Below, piece by piece: positions 9,490 to 21,780 of a DNA stretch of 64,000 bases. Under the pieces are notes generated by a model, which saw nothing but the letters and a program-made list of their open reading frames with translations, had not been told where the DNA came from and searched no databases. Source of the DNA: Marsupella aquatica (Eukaryota > Plantae > Marchantiophyta); the NCBI GenBank assembly GCA_973895155.1, contig OZ316897.1, positions 14,321,375 through 14,385,374 on the forward strand. The letters run 5' to 3'. A program made the translations under genes and the position numbers. Position 1 is the stretch's first letter. Each line of letters starts with the position of its first letter.

Positions 9490-12400
9490 GAGGACTCCTG
9501 GGGTCGAATCGTGTTTGACCTTGGTGGACTTGTCAACCTTGTTTTAGAGCTTTTGGGAAAGTGTGGGTTGAATGCGGATACGTGTGTACTACAGAGCAGA
9601 GGCACGAGCAGCCAGTTTCCCCCGCAATTTCCATGTCGCCTACCTCCGACCGGGCGACGGTCATCGATGCCAGGAGCTCCCGTGTATCGTACTTCCATTT
9701 CAACCTTAAGGCTCAAACAGTCCCCAACCAGCTAGTCCCTAACGGTGGTTGTACATATTTCCGGGAGGAAATGTCACGCACGAGTAAACCTGTTTAGTTG
9801 CAGAAATTTGTTTCGAATCAAAAATTGAATGTCTCGAGAATAGTCAGCTGGTTAATTGCTGGTTTACAAGAATAGTTGGAGTCCCGTACGTGACGGTAAT
9901 GGAGCTCGTTAGAGTTAGTAGGAAAACTTTCTTTCTGAGATAGGTGAACTAGATGTTGCAGTTTAAACTGTTACCAACATACAAGTCCAGGTTAAGAGCA
10001 CAGCAGAACCTCGCCTGTACCTTTGTGCTACAACCATCTCCCTAACCTTTCAGGGTAGGACTTCATTTAAGGAGCGGTATATTAGGGAGCATGCTAGCCA
10101 ATCTTGAATAATAAACGTGACCAGGTTTGAAAAGCACCATTTTGGCTGCTACATTGCCTTCGATTACCAATTTAGAGCATCGAAACAAGGATTTGGTTTG
10201 ACGTCTCGTCCCGTCCAGCTTTCATGCGTTGTGGGTAACTTTTGACCTCGCTCACAAAATCCAGAACTGGAAGTCTGTTTTCCAACTGTAAGAACTGTTT
10301 GACCCTTTACATGTGTTCAATGCCGATAATTGTATCACATGTGCTGAGCAAGATCCGAAGACATCGTCATCGACCATTGCAAGCTCTTCATCACTTCCAC
10401 AGACTTCACCAATTATAGGAGGTTGTTCTTCATCAGGCTCAGGAAGACAATTATGCCTTCCGTTTCGAGTTAGTTGAGCTAGAGACTATTCACCAATTTG
10501 AACCGCGAGGCTGGCTGGAGAGAAACACGCTCGGAAGTCCTGAAATCAAACTCAGGGAATGGGAGGTTTTGTACCGCAAAAAGGGTGTTCTCATTCAAAT
10601 GAATCATTCATTTACTTGCGGCTGCAGCCGAACGAGATGAAAAGACCCAACTGTGTTCTGATTGTTTTCTTGTGAGACCAATTCAATGAAGGTCCGGACA
10701 TAATTGTACTGAAAGTGACCAGCTTAGTAACGTGCAGGGACTGGCATCTGTGCCTTATAGCAAGGCAGTCTCCCGAAAGAATGAATTGGACCATTGTGAA
10801 GTTGTTGTTCTTGAGTAGGAGCGAATATAGTAAACAGCAATTATAGCTTTGTAGGCAATGGTACAGCGTGAAGAGTTGGAGGAGCGGAGCGATGTGATGA
10901 AAGGCTGAGATTGTGGGTGGGACAGAAGAGGAAACTGCTGCTTGTATACTTTTGGCAGGAATGCGATTTCTTCTTGGCCTTCTTTATGGGTTTCTCTGCT
11001 TGTATTTGCCTCTTTTTATGTTGGCTGTTTGTCCTCCTTGGACCTGTTTTGCTTTTCTTTTCTTGTACTTTGTTTGTTCCCTTTTCTATAAATTATGGTT
11101 GGTTGTTTGTGGAGAATTGCTTCTTCTTTTTAGTTCTCACTGGTTGAAATTGCCTGTGGAGAATTGCTTCTTCTTTTTAGTTTTCACTGGTTGAATTTGC
11201 CTGTTTATTGTTATGTTTGGTGTTAGTTCTTTGGACCTACTTTGCTTTCCCTTTCATTATACTTGGACGGTGTATTCCCCTTCTGTTTATATTATAATTT
11301 GTGGAGATTTTGCAGGAACACTATTTCTTGTTCTGACTTTTTCAGTTTCTCTGGGTGCATTTGCCTTTTTTTAAATGTTTGGTGTATGTCATCTTTGGAC
11401 CTCTTTGGACTAGTTGGACCAAACATAACCACTCAGAGAACAGACATGTTCAGTCATGAGAGAGAACGGGAAAAAAAGTAACAGTGAAATGGAACCAGTC
11501 CTACCGTCACTCATAAAAGTTATGATCCTCAAACGGAGACTGCACATGTGAGGGCTGACCCCTTCCAGAGTCCAGGAAGAGATCAGGCCAAAAATACTAA
11601 GATCTGAATTACTGAACTCCGACAAAAGTCCACAAGAGGATAGTCCATCTGCAAAGGCTGCTAGCTAGTACCATATTAGGCTCACAGCAAAAAAGAAACA
11701 CACTCTAGTTCCCAGTCTAGTTCAAGGAGGATAAAAATTTGTCAGATCTTTTGCAATTCACGAAGGTCAAGCAATTAATCAGTAACCTGGAAAATTGGAT
11801 TGTGGATATCAATCTAAATAACGTGGCAATTCTGAAACTAAGCCAGTTGGACAGGTGCTCCTTTGGACCCCAGTTGGGAGGTCCATGGGAGTTGGGGGCT
11901 CATAATTTGATGATTATGAGCCCTAATATGTTTTATATTTACACCTGCAAGGCAACTAGAGAAGGAAGAGACTTTAAAAAAGACAATCCCAAATGACTCA
12001 TGTTAGCACAGTGAAAATTAATCTAATGAAACCACAAGATGGAACCAGATGCAAAGATTGCTGCAACAGGATACCACATTGACAATACCTCAAGGTTCCC
12101 TATATGAAGGTATTGTTGCTGCCATTCAAGTGCACAAGTGGAAACCGGGCCCTCTGGTTCTGACCATGGCCTGGAGTTGTGTTCCAGTATTTGGAACGAG
12201 AGAAATGGAGCCATATATGCATTCTCAATTTCCCAGCCCCCTTCCCGGTTGACAAATTGAAACCCATCTCCAAACTATGATTGACATATATATGTCATTC
12301 TGAGAGGAAAAGGGAACAACTTCAACATGCTATCACCCAACTCTAGGTTGTTCTTAAGCCTTGGGAGAAAATTGATAGCCCTCTAGCCTTGAATCTTGAT

Positions 12401-12842
12401 GATACAGATAGCTGACAAACATCCCAACACTGAGGTGGAATGACCCAAATGAAGTACATACTGCCCCCTGCACTAAGGGCGTTATTCATTGGGGTAGCTC
12501 TTATGACCTAAATGAACTGGGAACAACCTAGTTATATCAACACAAACAAGGTAGAGAGTAAGAGTATTATGTTTCTGTCAGGTCGTACTAGACATACTAA
12601 TGATCATTTGGATTGGGAGAAGTTAACAGAATAGATAAAGGACTGTCTGGAACGTCAATGGGGCCACCATTTGGTGATTTCTTAGGGTTCCATGGCCTAA
12701 CTAGTGGTTTGCTTGTTTCTTGGGGTGGCTCTTGGCAGGGCTCTTGGCCCTCGTGTGTGTGGGTCCCAGTTTGTGTCTTTTGCTTGGGTGGTTTTTGTCC
12801 CCTTGTCTGGTATTGATGGGTTTTGGCACCCCCTTCCTGCCA

Positions 12843-12845
12843 CCC

Positions 12846-12876
<31 letters not shown>

Positions 12877-12907
12877 AAAAAGAAGAGAAAAAAGAAGAAG
12901 AAGAAGA
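12843..12907. repeat. poly(C)24 / poly(A)15 / (AAG)n low-complexity tract
   Basis: Directly visible. It ends a ~300-bp segment that is absent from the paralogous spacer near 18170. Confidence 0.85.
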
Positions 12908-13640
12908 CTGCATTGGCACCAAAAAGATATTTCAATTTACAATCCTGCCTGTGTGTTTTACTATATTTGTAAATATGCCATGATGTTTTAATATGGTTAC
13001 CCTGGTTAGGTTGGTGATTTTGTCATCTGCATATTTATGAATACAAAAAGCAGTAACAATACTGTCAATTTAAACATCTTCAGTGTGAGCTTAGTTAAAA
13101 ACTGTCTTTCAAAGATTAGTCTTGTGCTCCACGGGCCCTTCAAATTCTGGCAAGTCTAGATATTTGAAAACAAGCAACCCTCCAATAAACACCCAATACA
13201 TACCGCAGTCTCAACGGCCGTCGGCCGCCATTACCGTCGCAGTCGATGACAACTGCCCCTGCTGGTAGTTTCCCGCAACAAGCGAAGCCTCAACGGCCGT
13301 CGCCTCAACGGCCGTCGCGCTACTGTCTCCTCCCTTTGCAATTCCCGACCGCCATTTCCCTTCCCTTCATTTTTCACGCACCGGAATGAAACGAGACTTC
13401 TTTACTCTTTCAAAAGGCGGAGCGGAAAATCAACAGCGAAATCACCGTGTCTGATCGACCCCTCAATTTCGTCGACTAATTTCGTTTCTGCTGCCAGCAA
13501 CGTATGACGTGCTGCTGCATTCGATTTCGTTTTGTTACTCGGTCTTTTCCATTGATACCTTCCATTCGAGGCATGGTTGTTTTGTAATGTGCTCTGATTT
13601 GTAATATCGACTGTTGTAATGAACAGAGATTCAGTTGTAA

Positions 13641-14876
13641 ATGGAGGAATATCTGCGCAACTTCCGGCGGCGCCACTGCTGGCGGCCATCCGCAACATTG
13701 CCCACAATTTCACCTCAGGACATGCTGCAAGATAGCGAGAGATGTCTGCCTTTCGAGAGACTTCTTCCACGGATTCCTGATGAGATTACGTTGGACAAGA
13801 TTGCTACAAAATTGTCCTGGAAAGATATTCGTGTCCTCTCATCAGTTACTCGTGGCTGGTCTCACGCAATTCGAAGTCATCAGGTGTACAATGCGAGAGT
13901 CCGCTCGGAAACAAGAGACAACTTCGCTCTGATTTCGTATGGCTGCTATAGTTATTTCTCTGACATGGTCCTCTATTGCATTAGAGACTTGTCTTGTTAT
14001 CTTCTTCCTCCAATCCCGTCTGAAGGGAAGGAAGGAATCCCAAAGCACAGTGAATGTGTTGCATTGGACGGGAAAGTCTATGTCCTGGGAGGACTCGAAA
14101 GTCGTGATGCCCATCTCCACAGTCTTAACGTATTCGTGTTGGACCTCGCCGGGCATAGGCAGTGGCAACGGTGTGCGAGTATGAGCGTACGAAGATGTTG
14201 CATGAAATGTGGTGTCATCAATGGCAAGATTTTTGTATTTGGGAATAACGAAGACTGCGACGGTCCTTATCGAGGAGAGGTGTATGATCCCAAGGAAAAT
14301 ACTTGGTCTACGATCAGGGCGGTGATGTTCAAAGGCTTCCATCATGTTGATGCGATCGAAGCGCTGGGACAGGAGCTTGTTATTTGGGGGTCCGCTTTGT
14401 CGCACGAACATAGCTACGCTGAGGAGAAGAAGTTCCCAAAATTTCTGGTTTATTATCCAGTTGTGGATTGTTGGGAAGAACAGAGCTATATTGGGAGAGA
14501 AGGTGAATGCCCATTTGTGGCACATGGAAGCTTGCATTCGATGAGCTATAACAATGATATTTATATTTACGATGCTGACAGAACTTCATGGAGGCAGCTG
14601 CATACAGTTTCGTTTGCTGCGAATTCTCGGCCCAGTTTTGTGACGGAAGATGGTATCGATGACAACTACATGATACCAATTTGTGTTAAAGCTGTGGAAG
14701 GCGAGCTATTCGTTTTATGTCATTGGTATCACAGTTTTGACGATGTCGTTCTTCTTCATAGCAAGGGGTTCAGTGGTGACATAATGGAGATTCAGTTGGA
14801 GAAAGTGCCAGTTGGCCTGTTTGCGAGGAACGATGTTGATCCGGATCTTTGTTCCATGTCTCTTCTTCAAATTTGA
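13641..14876 (+). CDS. F-box/kelch-repeat protein (cluster copy 4, intronless)
   Basis: 411-aa ORF with LLPRIPDEITLDKIA F-box and kelch motifs (LDGKVYVLGG, GEVYDPKENTW). Confidence 0.9.
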   Translation: MEEYLRNFRRRHCWRPSATLPTISPQDMLQDSERCLPFERLLPRIPDEITLDKIATKLSWKDIRVLSSVTRGWSHAIRSHQVYNARVRSETRDNFALISYGCYSYFSDMVLYCIRDLSCYLLPPIPSEGKEGIPKHSECVALDGKVYVLGGLESRDAHLHSLNVFVLDLAGHRQWQRCASMSVRRCCMKCGVINGKIFVFGNNEDCDGPYRGEVYDPKENTWSTIRAVMFKGFHHVDAIEALGQELVIWGSALSHEHSYAEEKKFPKFLVYYPVVDCWEEQSYIGREGECPFVAHGSLHSMSYNNDIYIYDADRTSWRQLHTVSFAANSRPSFVTEDGIDDNYMIPICVKAVEGELFVLCHWYHSFDDVVLLHSKGFSGDIMEIQLEKVPVGLFARNDVDPDLCSMSLLQI

Positions 14877-16553
14877 GCGGACGTACTCCTGGGGTTTAAT
14901 CGTGTTTGATCCGCGCATCTTGTTGCATGAATGTCACGACAATAGTCAGGTGGTGAACTGGTGGTTTACAAGAATAGTTGGAGTCCCGTACATGACGGTA
15001 GTGGGCAGGAGTTAGTAGGAAATTTTCTTCTTGAGATAGGTGAGCTAGATGTTTCTGTTAAAACTGTTGCCAACATCCACGTCCAGGTTAAGAGCACGGC
15101 AGAAACTCGCCTGGAATTTTGTGCTATGACCATTTCCCTAACCTTTCGGGGTAGGACTTGAAAGGAGCGGTATTGGACTATGCTACCAATTGTGAATAAT
15201 AAACGTGCCCATGATTGTCTGAAAACGGCTACTTTGGCTGCTACGTTGCCTTTGATTACCAATTAAAGCATCAATACCGATTTTGTTCAACCTCTCGTCC
15301 CGTCCAGCTTTCATACGTTACTTGTAACTTTTGACCTCGCTCGCAAAATCTAGGACTGGAACTCTTGTCTGATTTCCAACCGTGACAACTGTTTGACCCT
15401 GTAAAGCTTCCAATGCCGATAATTGTATGACATGTGCTGAGCAAGATTCGATAACATCGTGAGCGACCATTGCAATCGACCATTGCAAGCTTTTCAGCAC
15501 GATGTTATCCAGAGACTTCAGCAATTGTAGGAGGTTGTTTTTCACCAGGCTCAGGAAGACAACTATCTGTCACGTTTCGAGTTAGCTTAGCCTGAGACTA
15601 TTATTTTTAACCAATCTGAACCGCGATGCTCGATGGAGAGAAACACTATCGGAAGTGCTGAAATCAAATTCAAGGGATGGGAGGTTGTATACCGCGAAAA
15701 GGGTGTGCGCATTTTATCATTCATTAACTTCCCACTGCAGCCGAACGAGATGCAATGACCCAACTGTGTTCTGATTGTTAAAGGAGGTGCAGAAATAATT
15801 GTACCGAAAGTCACCAGTTTAGTAACGTGCAGGGAAGTACAAGGTAGTCTGTGGGGAATGAATATATTGGACCATCGTGAAGTTTTTGTCCTTGAGGAGG
15901 AGGATATTAAAAAAACAGCAAACGCTTTGTTGCCAATGATACAAAGTGAAGAGTAGGCGGACGCGGAGGGATGTTATGAAATGCTTACATGGTGGATGGG
16001 ACAGAAGACGAAACTGCTGCTTGTGTACATTTTACAGGAAAGCGATTTTCTCTTAGTTGGCCTTCTTTTAAGGTTTCCCTGCTTTGCATTTGCCTCTTTT
16101 CTATGTCTGGTGTTTGTCCTCATTGGACCTATTTTGCTTTCCCTTTCGTTGTACTTGTTTATTCCGTTGTTGTATAATTTATGGTTCATGGTTCCCTTCT
16201 GCATACTTTATGGTTCGTGGTTTGTGGGGATTTGCAGGAATGTGATTTATTGTTGTTTTTAGGTTTCTTTGGTTGCAGTGGCGTCTGTTTCGTGTTTGGT
16301 GTTTGTCCTGTTTGGACATATTTTGCTGTCGTATTCCTTTTACTTTTTGTATAATTTATGATTGGTGGTTTGTGGAGATTTTCAGGAATGCAATTTTTTC
16401 TTCTGTTTAGGTTTGGCTAGTTGCATTTGCCTCTCTTTTCAGTTTGGTGTCGGTACTCTTTGCACGTATTTTGCTTTCCCTTTGATTATAATTAGTTTAT
16501 TCCGTTTTGTAGAAATTACGGTTCTTAAATAAAAACAATGTCATCTGAAGAGG

Positions 16554-16992
16554 TTCATGAGTTTATTCAGTACTGTTGCTTTAACTCGAACCTATACTTT
16601 ATCTAGTATGAACTACCCAGAATGAGAACACTGACCAGATAGCATATCTTATAAATACAGGATGGGCTATGTTAAGTTTGTCTTCTATTACACACGCTCC
16701 TAAGGTCACTTTTAATACCTTCTATGGATTTACTTTTGTTGAGATTTGGATCTGGTAACCAGGAATGCATTTTGAACTCCTCTGGACGTCACAAGGATTG
16801 CAAACTGGGATGTGATGTCACACAAGTACCTTCCTGTGGACGAGAGGAGCCTTCATGTACAGCATAAGGAAGGAACTCCCTGCGCACTGAGGATACATTG
16901 CTAAGTAAGCTTGTGAAAAACTATGGCACAAGACTTAGTCATTCATTGCAACGTTCATGACAACTGAGCAATAGACCTGTGATTTCTCCATT
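16554..16992 (+). pseudogene. Captured MYB intron 1/exon 2 fragment
   Basis: Homologous to ~25093-25570 with deletions and stops. Confidence 0.85.
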
Positions 16993-18745
16993 ACCTTGCA
17001 CCCAGCAATGCCAAAATTCCTTGATTAGGAGCGCTAGGAAGACATTTAAGTCCTCCTGAAGATTGATGTGTTGAGCCATTTCCAAGTCGGCTCCTCCCAA
17101 CCTAGGCAGCCGGGATTGCTGGGATGGCAGACAAGCACAGAGGGAATGAAAAGATATGTAATAAAACATGAGAAGGCAACAACCTTCAGGTGTGCTTGGT
17201 TGCTCCTCACATGCATGCAGGCAAGAGATTTGATTGTCCTGGGGTTGTCCCATCACACAATTCAATGGTTTTGATATATTGCTCTTGTGTCAGGTTCACA
17301 CAAAACCCACTACTGGTTTGTTATTGCAGGGTTCCACCCTTGCCTCCCTATTTCTTGAGTGCCTGTTTGCACCCTGGCAGTGGCCTCCTCCTGAGCTCAC
17401 TCTATTTGTTTATCTTGAGCGGAACACTTTACTTATGAGAAGAAAAACCCAATAAAACAGGGAGTAATTGAGCAAACCAAAGATAACTACTTAGATACCA
17501 AACACATTCAGTAATGAGAGAGAAAGGCAAAGAAAGGAAGAGTGAAATCAGGCCAAAAATACCAAGATCTGAACTACTGAACTCCAACCAAAATCTACAA
17601 GATCAAGGATAGTCCATTGGCAAAGATCGCTAACTACAATACTTGGCTCACAGCAAAAAAGAAATATGCTCTAGCTAGTTCAAGGAGGATTGAAACTGTC
17701 TGATCTCCTGCAATTTCACCAAGGTCAAGCAATTAATCTGTAACCAGAAAATGGGATTGTACATATTAATGTGAATGCTGTGGCAATTCTGAAAGCCAGG
17801 ATGGACCACCATGTTGAACACTGTGCTCCCATGGACCACAATTTGGGGGTCCATGGGAGCTTGAGCCCATAACATGATAATTATGAGAAAATAGGTTTAG
17901 GTTTGCACCCGCAAGGTAACTAGAGAAGGAAGGGACAATAAAAAACAGAATCCCAAATGACTCATGTTAACACACTGAAAATCAATCTCATGAAACGTAC
18001 CCGGCTGTAGTTTATGATGAAGAATCCAACTTAAATGACCAAGAATTTAGTGTCACTTTGGTGGAAGTGTAGCTCAAGTACTCCTCTAGCATATCCGCAC
18101 AACTAAATAATATTTGAACATCAAGTTACTACAATTCAAAGTCAACCCTTGGGAAATAACTATTAACTAGTACAATGACACTAAAGATATTTTGAATTAT
18201 AATCTTGCCATTGTTTTTATTGTATTTATAAATACAATATGCATCATTTTTGTATATGTTACCCTGGTTAGGTTGGTGCCTTGTTGTCTGCATAAAAAAA
18301 TAAAATTGTTAACAATATTGTCAAGCTTAACATCTTTAGTCGCACGCTAATTAAAAATTGTTTTGAAATATGTGGTCCATGAAGGTTTGAAAGACCAGCC
18401 TTGCTGCCTTGTGTTCCATGGGACCTTCAAATTCTGGCAAGTCAAGATATTTGAAAAAACGCAACCTCCAATAAACACCCAGATAACTATACCGCGGCGT
18501 CAACGGCCGTCGCCACTATTACCGTCGCACTCGATGACACCTGCCTCCGCTTCGTAGTTTTCCAAACCAAACGACCACTCAACGGCCGTCGCCTCAACGG
18601 CCGTCGCGAATTCTCTCCTCCCTTCGCAATTCCCGACCGCGATTTTTCTTCCCTTCATTTCACGTAACGGAATGAAACGCGACTCTCTTTCTAAAGGCAG
18701 AGCGGAAAAGCAACAGCGAGTTTCACTCTGTTTGATCGGGACACA

Positions 18746-19022
18746 ATTCCGTCGACAAGTTTCGTTTCTGATTCGAGCCATGTATGTAATATGTTGCTGC
18801 ATTTGATTTGGATTTGTCACTTGATTTATTTCATTGATACCTTCCGTTAGAGGCATGAGTTATTGCGTTCAATGTCGTATTCCGTCGACAAATTTCGTTT
18901 CTGAGTCGAGCCATGTATGGCATATATATGGCATATGTTGCTGCATTTGATTTGGATTTGTCACTTGATTTATTTCATTGACACCTTCCGTTAGAGGCAT
19001 GAGTTATTGCGTTCAATGTCGT
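18746..19022 (+). repeat. Tandem duplication (~133-143 bp x2) just upstream of F-box copy 5
   Basis: attccgtcgaca...gttcaatgtcgt occurs at 18746 and 18879. Confidence 0.9.
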
Positions 19023-19084
19023 TTTGTAATGTGCTCTGATCTGTAATATTGACTGTTGTAATAAACAGAGAGATTCAGTTATAA

Positions 19085-20308
19085 ATGGAGGAAGATGAGC
19101 TCAACTTCTGGCGGCCATCACCAACATTGCCCAGAATTTCACCTCAGGACATGCTGCAAGATAGCGAGAGATGTCTGCCATTCGAGAAGCTTTTTCCACG
19201 GATTCCTAATGAGATTACTTTGGACAACATTGCTACGAAATTGTCCTGGAAAGATCTTCAAGTCCTCTCATCAGTTAGTCGTGCCTGGTGTCACGTAATT
19301 CGAACTCGTCAAGTGTACGATGCGAGGGTCCGCTCGCAAACAAGAGAGACTCTCGCTCTGATTCCGAATGGCTGCTATGGTGATTTCTGTAAAATAGTTC
19401 TCTATTGCATTAGAGACATGTCTTGTTGTCTTCTTCCTCCAATCCGGTCTGAAGGGAGGGCAGGACTCCCAACGCACAGTGAATGTATTGGACTGGACGG
19501 GAAAGTCTATCTCCTGGGAGGACTCGACAGTGATGGAGACGATAATCACAGTCTTAACATGTACGTGTTGGACCTCGCGGGGCAGAGGGAGTGGAAGCAG
19601 TGTGCGAGTATGAGCGTACGAAGATTTCGCATTAGATGTGGTGCCATTAATGGCAGGATTTTTGTATTTGGGAGTACCGCAGACTGCCACCATTCTCATC
19701 GAGGAGAGGTGTATGATCCCAAGGAAAATACTTGGTCTACGCTCACGGAGTTCGTATTCGAAGAATTCGAGCATGAAGTTCATGCGGTCGACGAGCTGGG
19801 ACAGGAGCTTGTTATTTATGGGTACAGTTTGCCGGACGAAGATAGCGACGATGAGGAGGAGATGTACCCAGAATTTCTGGTTTATTATCCAGTCTCGGAT
19901 CATTGGGGAGAACTGTGCCATTCTGGCCGGGAAGATGAATGCCCATTTGTGGCACAAGGAAGGTTGCATTCGATGAGCCGTAATAATGAAATTTATATTT
20001 ACGATTTTTACAGAACCTCATGGACGCAGCTGCATACATTTTCGTTTGCTGCAAATTCTCAGCCCATTATTGTGACGGAGGATGATATCGATGACAACTA
20101 CATGATGCCAATTTGTGTTAAAGCTGTGGAAGGCGAGCTATTCGTTTTATGTCGTTGGGCTTGCAGTTTGGACGATGTCATTCTTCTTCATAGCAAGGGC
20201 TTCAATGGTGAGATAATGGAGATTGAGTTGGAGAAAGTTCCAGTTAACCTGTTTGCCAGGGCCAACGTCCATCCCCGTCTCTGTACAATGTCTCTTCTTC
20301 AAATTTGA
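19085..20308 (+). CDS. F-box/kelch-repeat protein (cluster copy 5, intronless)
   Basis: 407-aa ORF with the same architecture as the other copies. Confidence 0.9.
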   Translation: MEEDELNFWRPSPTLPRISPQDMLQDSERCLPFEKLFPRIPNEITLDNIATKLSWKDLQVLSSVSRAWCHVIRTRQVYDARVRSQTRETLALIPNGCYGDFCKIVLYCIRDMSCCLLPPIRSEGRAGLPTHSECIGLDGKVYLLGGLDSDGDDNHSLNMYVLDLAGQREWKQCASMSVRRFRIRCGAINGRIFVFGSTADCHHSHRGEVYDPKENTWSTLTEFVFEEFEHEVHAVDELGQELVIYGYSLPDEDSDDEEEMYPEFLVYYPVSDHWGELCHSGREDECPFVAQGRLHSMSRNNEIYIYDFYRTSWTQLHTFSFAANSQPIIVTEDDIDDNYMMPICVKAVEGELFVLCRWACSLDDVILLHSKGFNGEIMEIELEKVPVNLFARANVHPRLCTMSLLQI

Positions 20309-20469
20309 GAGGACTCCTGGCGTCGAATGATGTTTGACCTTGGTGGACTTGTCAACCTGTTTGCGATTGACGATGTCAACGCCGATCTTTGTTCAATATC
20401 TCTTGTTCAAATTCGAGCCGACTCCTGGGGTCTAATCGTGTTGATCCGGGCATCTTGTTGGACTTGTCA

Positions 20470-21780
20470 ATCTTGTTTCGGAAAGTCTTGGTTGCCGATA
20501 CCTGTACACTTGTCCGCCTACCTCCGACGGTCATCGTTGCCGGTACCTCCATTTGAACATCAAGTCTCGAACAGTCCCCAACCAGCCGGTCGCTCACGAT
20601 GGTTGCATATATTTCCGCGAGGACATGTCACGAGGAAACCTCTTTCGTTGCAGAAATTTCTTTCGGAGCAAAAATTGAATGTCACGCCAATAGTCAGGTG
20701 GTTAATTGGTAGTTTATAAGAATAGTTGGAGTCCCGTACATGACGGTAGTGGAGTTCTTTAGAGGTAGTAGGAAATTTTCTTCTTGAGATAGGTGAGCTA
20801 GATGTCTCTGTTCAAACTGTTCCCAACATCCACGTCCAGGTTGAGAGCACAGCAGAAACTCGCCTGTACGTTTGTGCTACGACCATCTCCCTAACTTTCG
20901 GGGTAGGACTTGAAATGAGCCGCATTGGAGTATGCTAGCCAATCGTGAAGAATAAACGTGCCCACGTCTGAAATGGGTAGTTTGGCTGCTACATTGCCTT
21001 TGATTATCAATTTAGAGCATCAATACAAGGATTTTGTTCAACCTCTCGTCCCGTCCAGCTTTCATGCGTTATGGGTAACTTTTGACCTCGCTCGGAAAAA
21101 CCAGGACTGGAGCTCTTGTGTGATGTCCAAACGTAAGAACTGTTTGACCCTCTAAATGCTTCCAATGCCGATAATGTGCATGTATGACATGTGCTGAGCA
21201 AGATCCGAAACTATCGTGATCGACCATTGCAAGCTTTTCAGCACGATGTTATCCAGAGACTTCAGCAATTATAGGAGGTTGTTTCTCACCAGGCTCAGGA
21301 AGACAACTATCGCCCAGGTTTCTAATTAGTTTAGCGAGAGAGACTTTTTCCCCGATTTGAACTGCAAGGCTGGATGGAGAGAAACATGATATGAGGTCCT
21401 GACAGCAAACTCAGGGGATGGGAGGTTATAAAGCGCAAAAAGTGTGTTCTCAGCTATTCATTTACTTCCCACTGCAGCTGAACGAGATGAAAAGATCCAA
21501 CCCTTGTTATTGTGAGACCAATTAAATGAAGGTGCAGAAATAATCCCATCGAAAATCACCAGGTTATTAGCGTGCAGGGACTGGCATCTGTGCCGGATAA
21601 CAAGGTAGTCTGGGCGGATGAATTGGACCATTGTGAAGTTTTTGTTCTTCAGTATGAGTGAGAATAAGACGGCAATGTTGGAGGGAGCGGAGGGATGCGA
21701 CGAAATTCTGGGATGGTGGGTGGGACAGAAGACGAAACCGCGGTTTGTGGAGATTTTGCAGGAATGCAATTTGAAGAGGT
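20470..21780 (+). repeat. Conserved ~1.3-1.7 kb block downstream of each F-box copy
   Basis: Homologous to ~1-640 (-), ~6200-7590, ~9500-10950 and ~14930-16050. No intact shared ORF. Confidence 0.8.

Noticed and set aside
9500-10950. A second gene within the conserved downstream block
   Set aside because: Only short ORFs with stops/frameshifts that differ between copies; no recognisable protein family. A weak resemblance to the end of MYB exon 1 is too short to trust.
12597-12991. ORFs with poly-F/G/P/K runs
   Set aside because: Artefacts of the poly(C)/poly(A)/(AAG)n tract.
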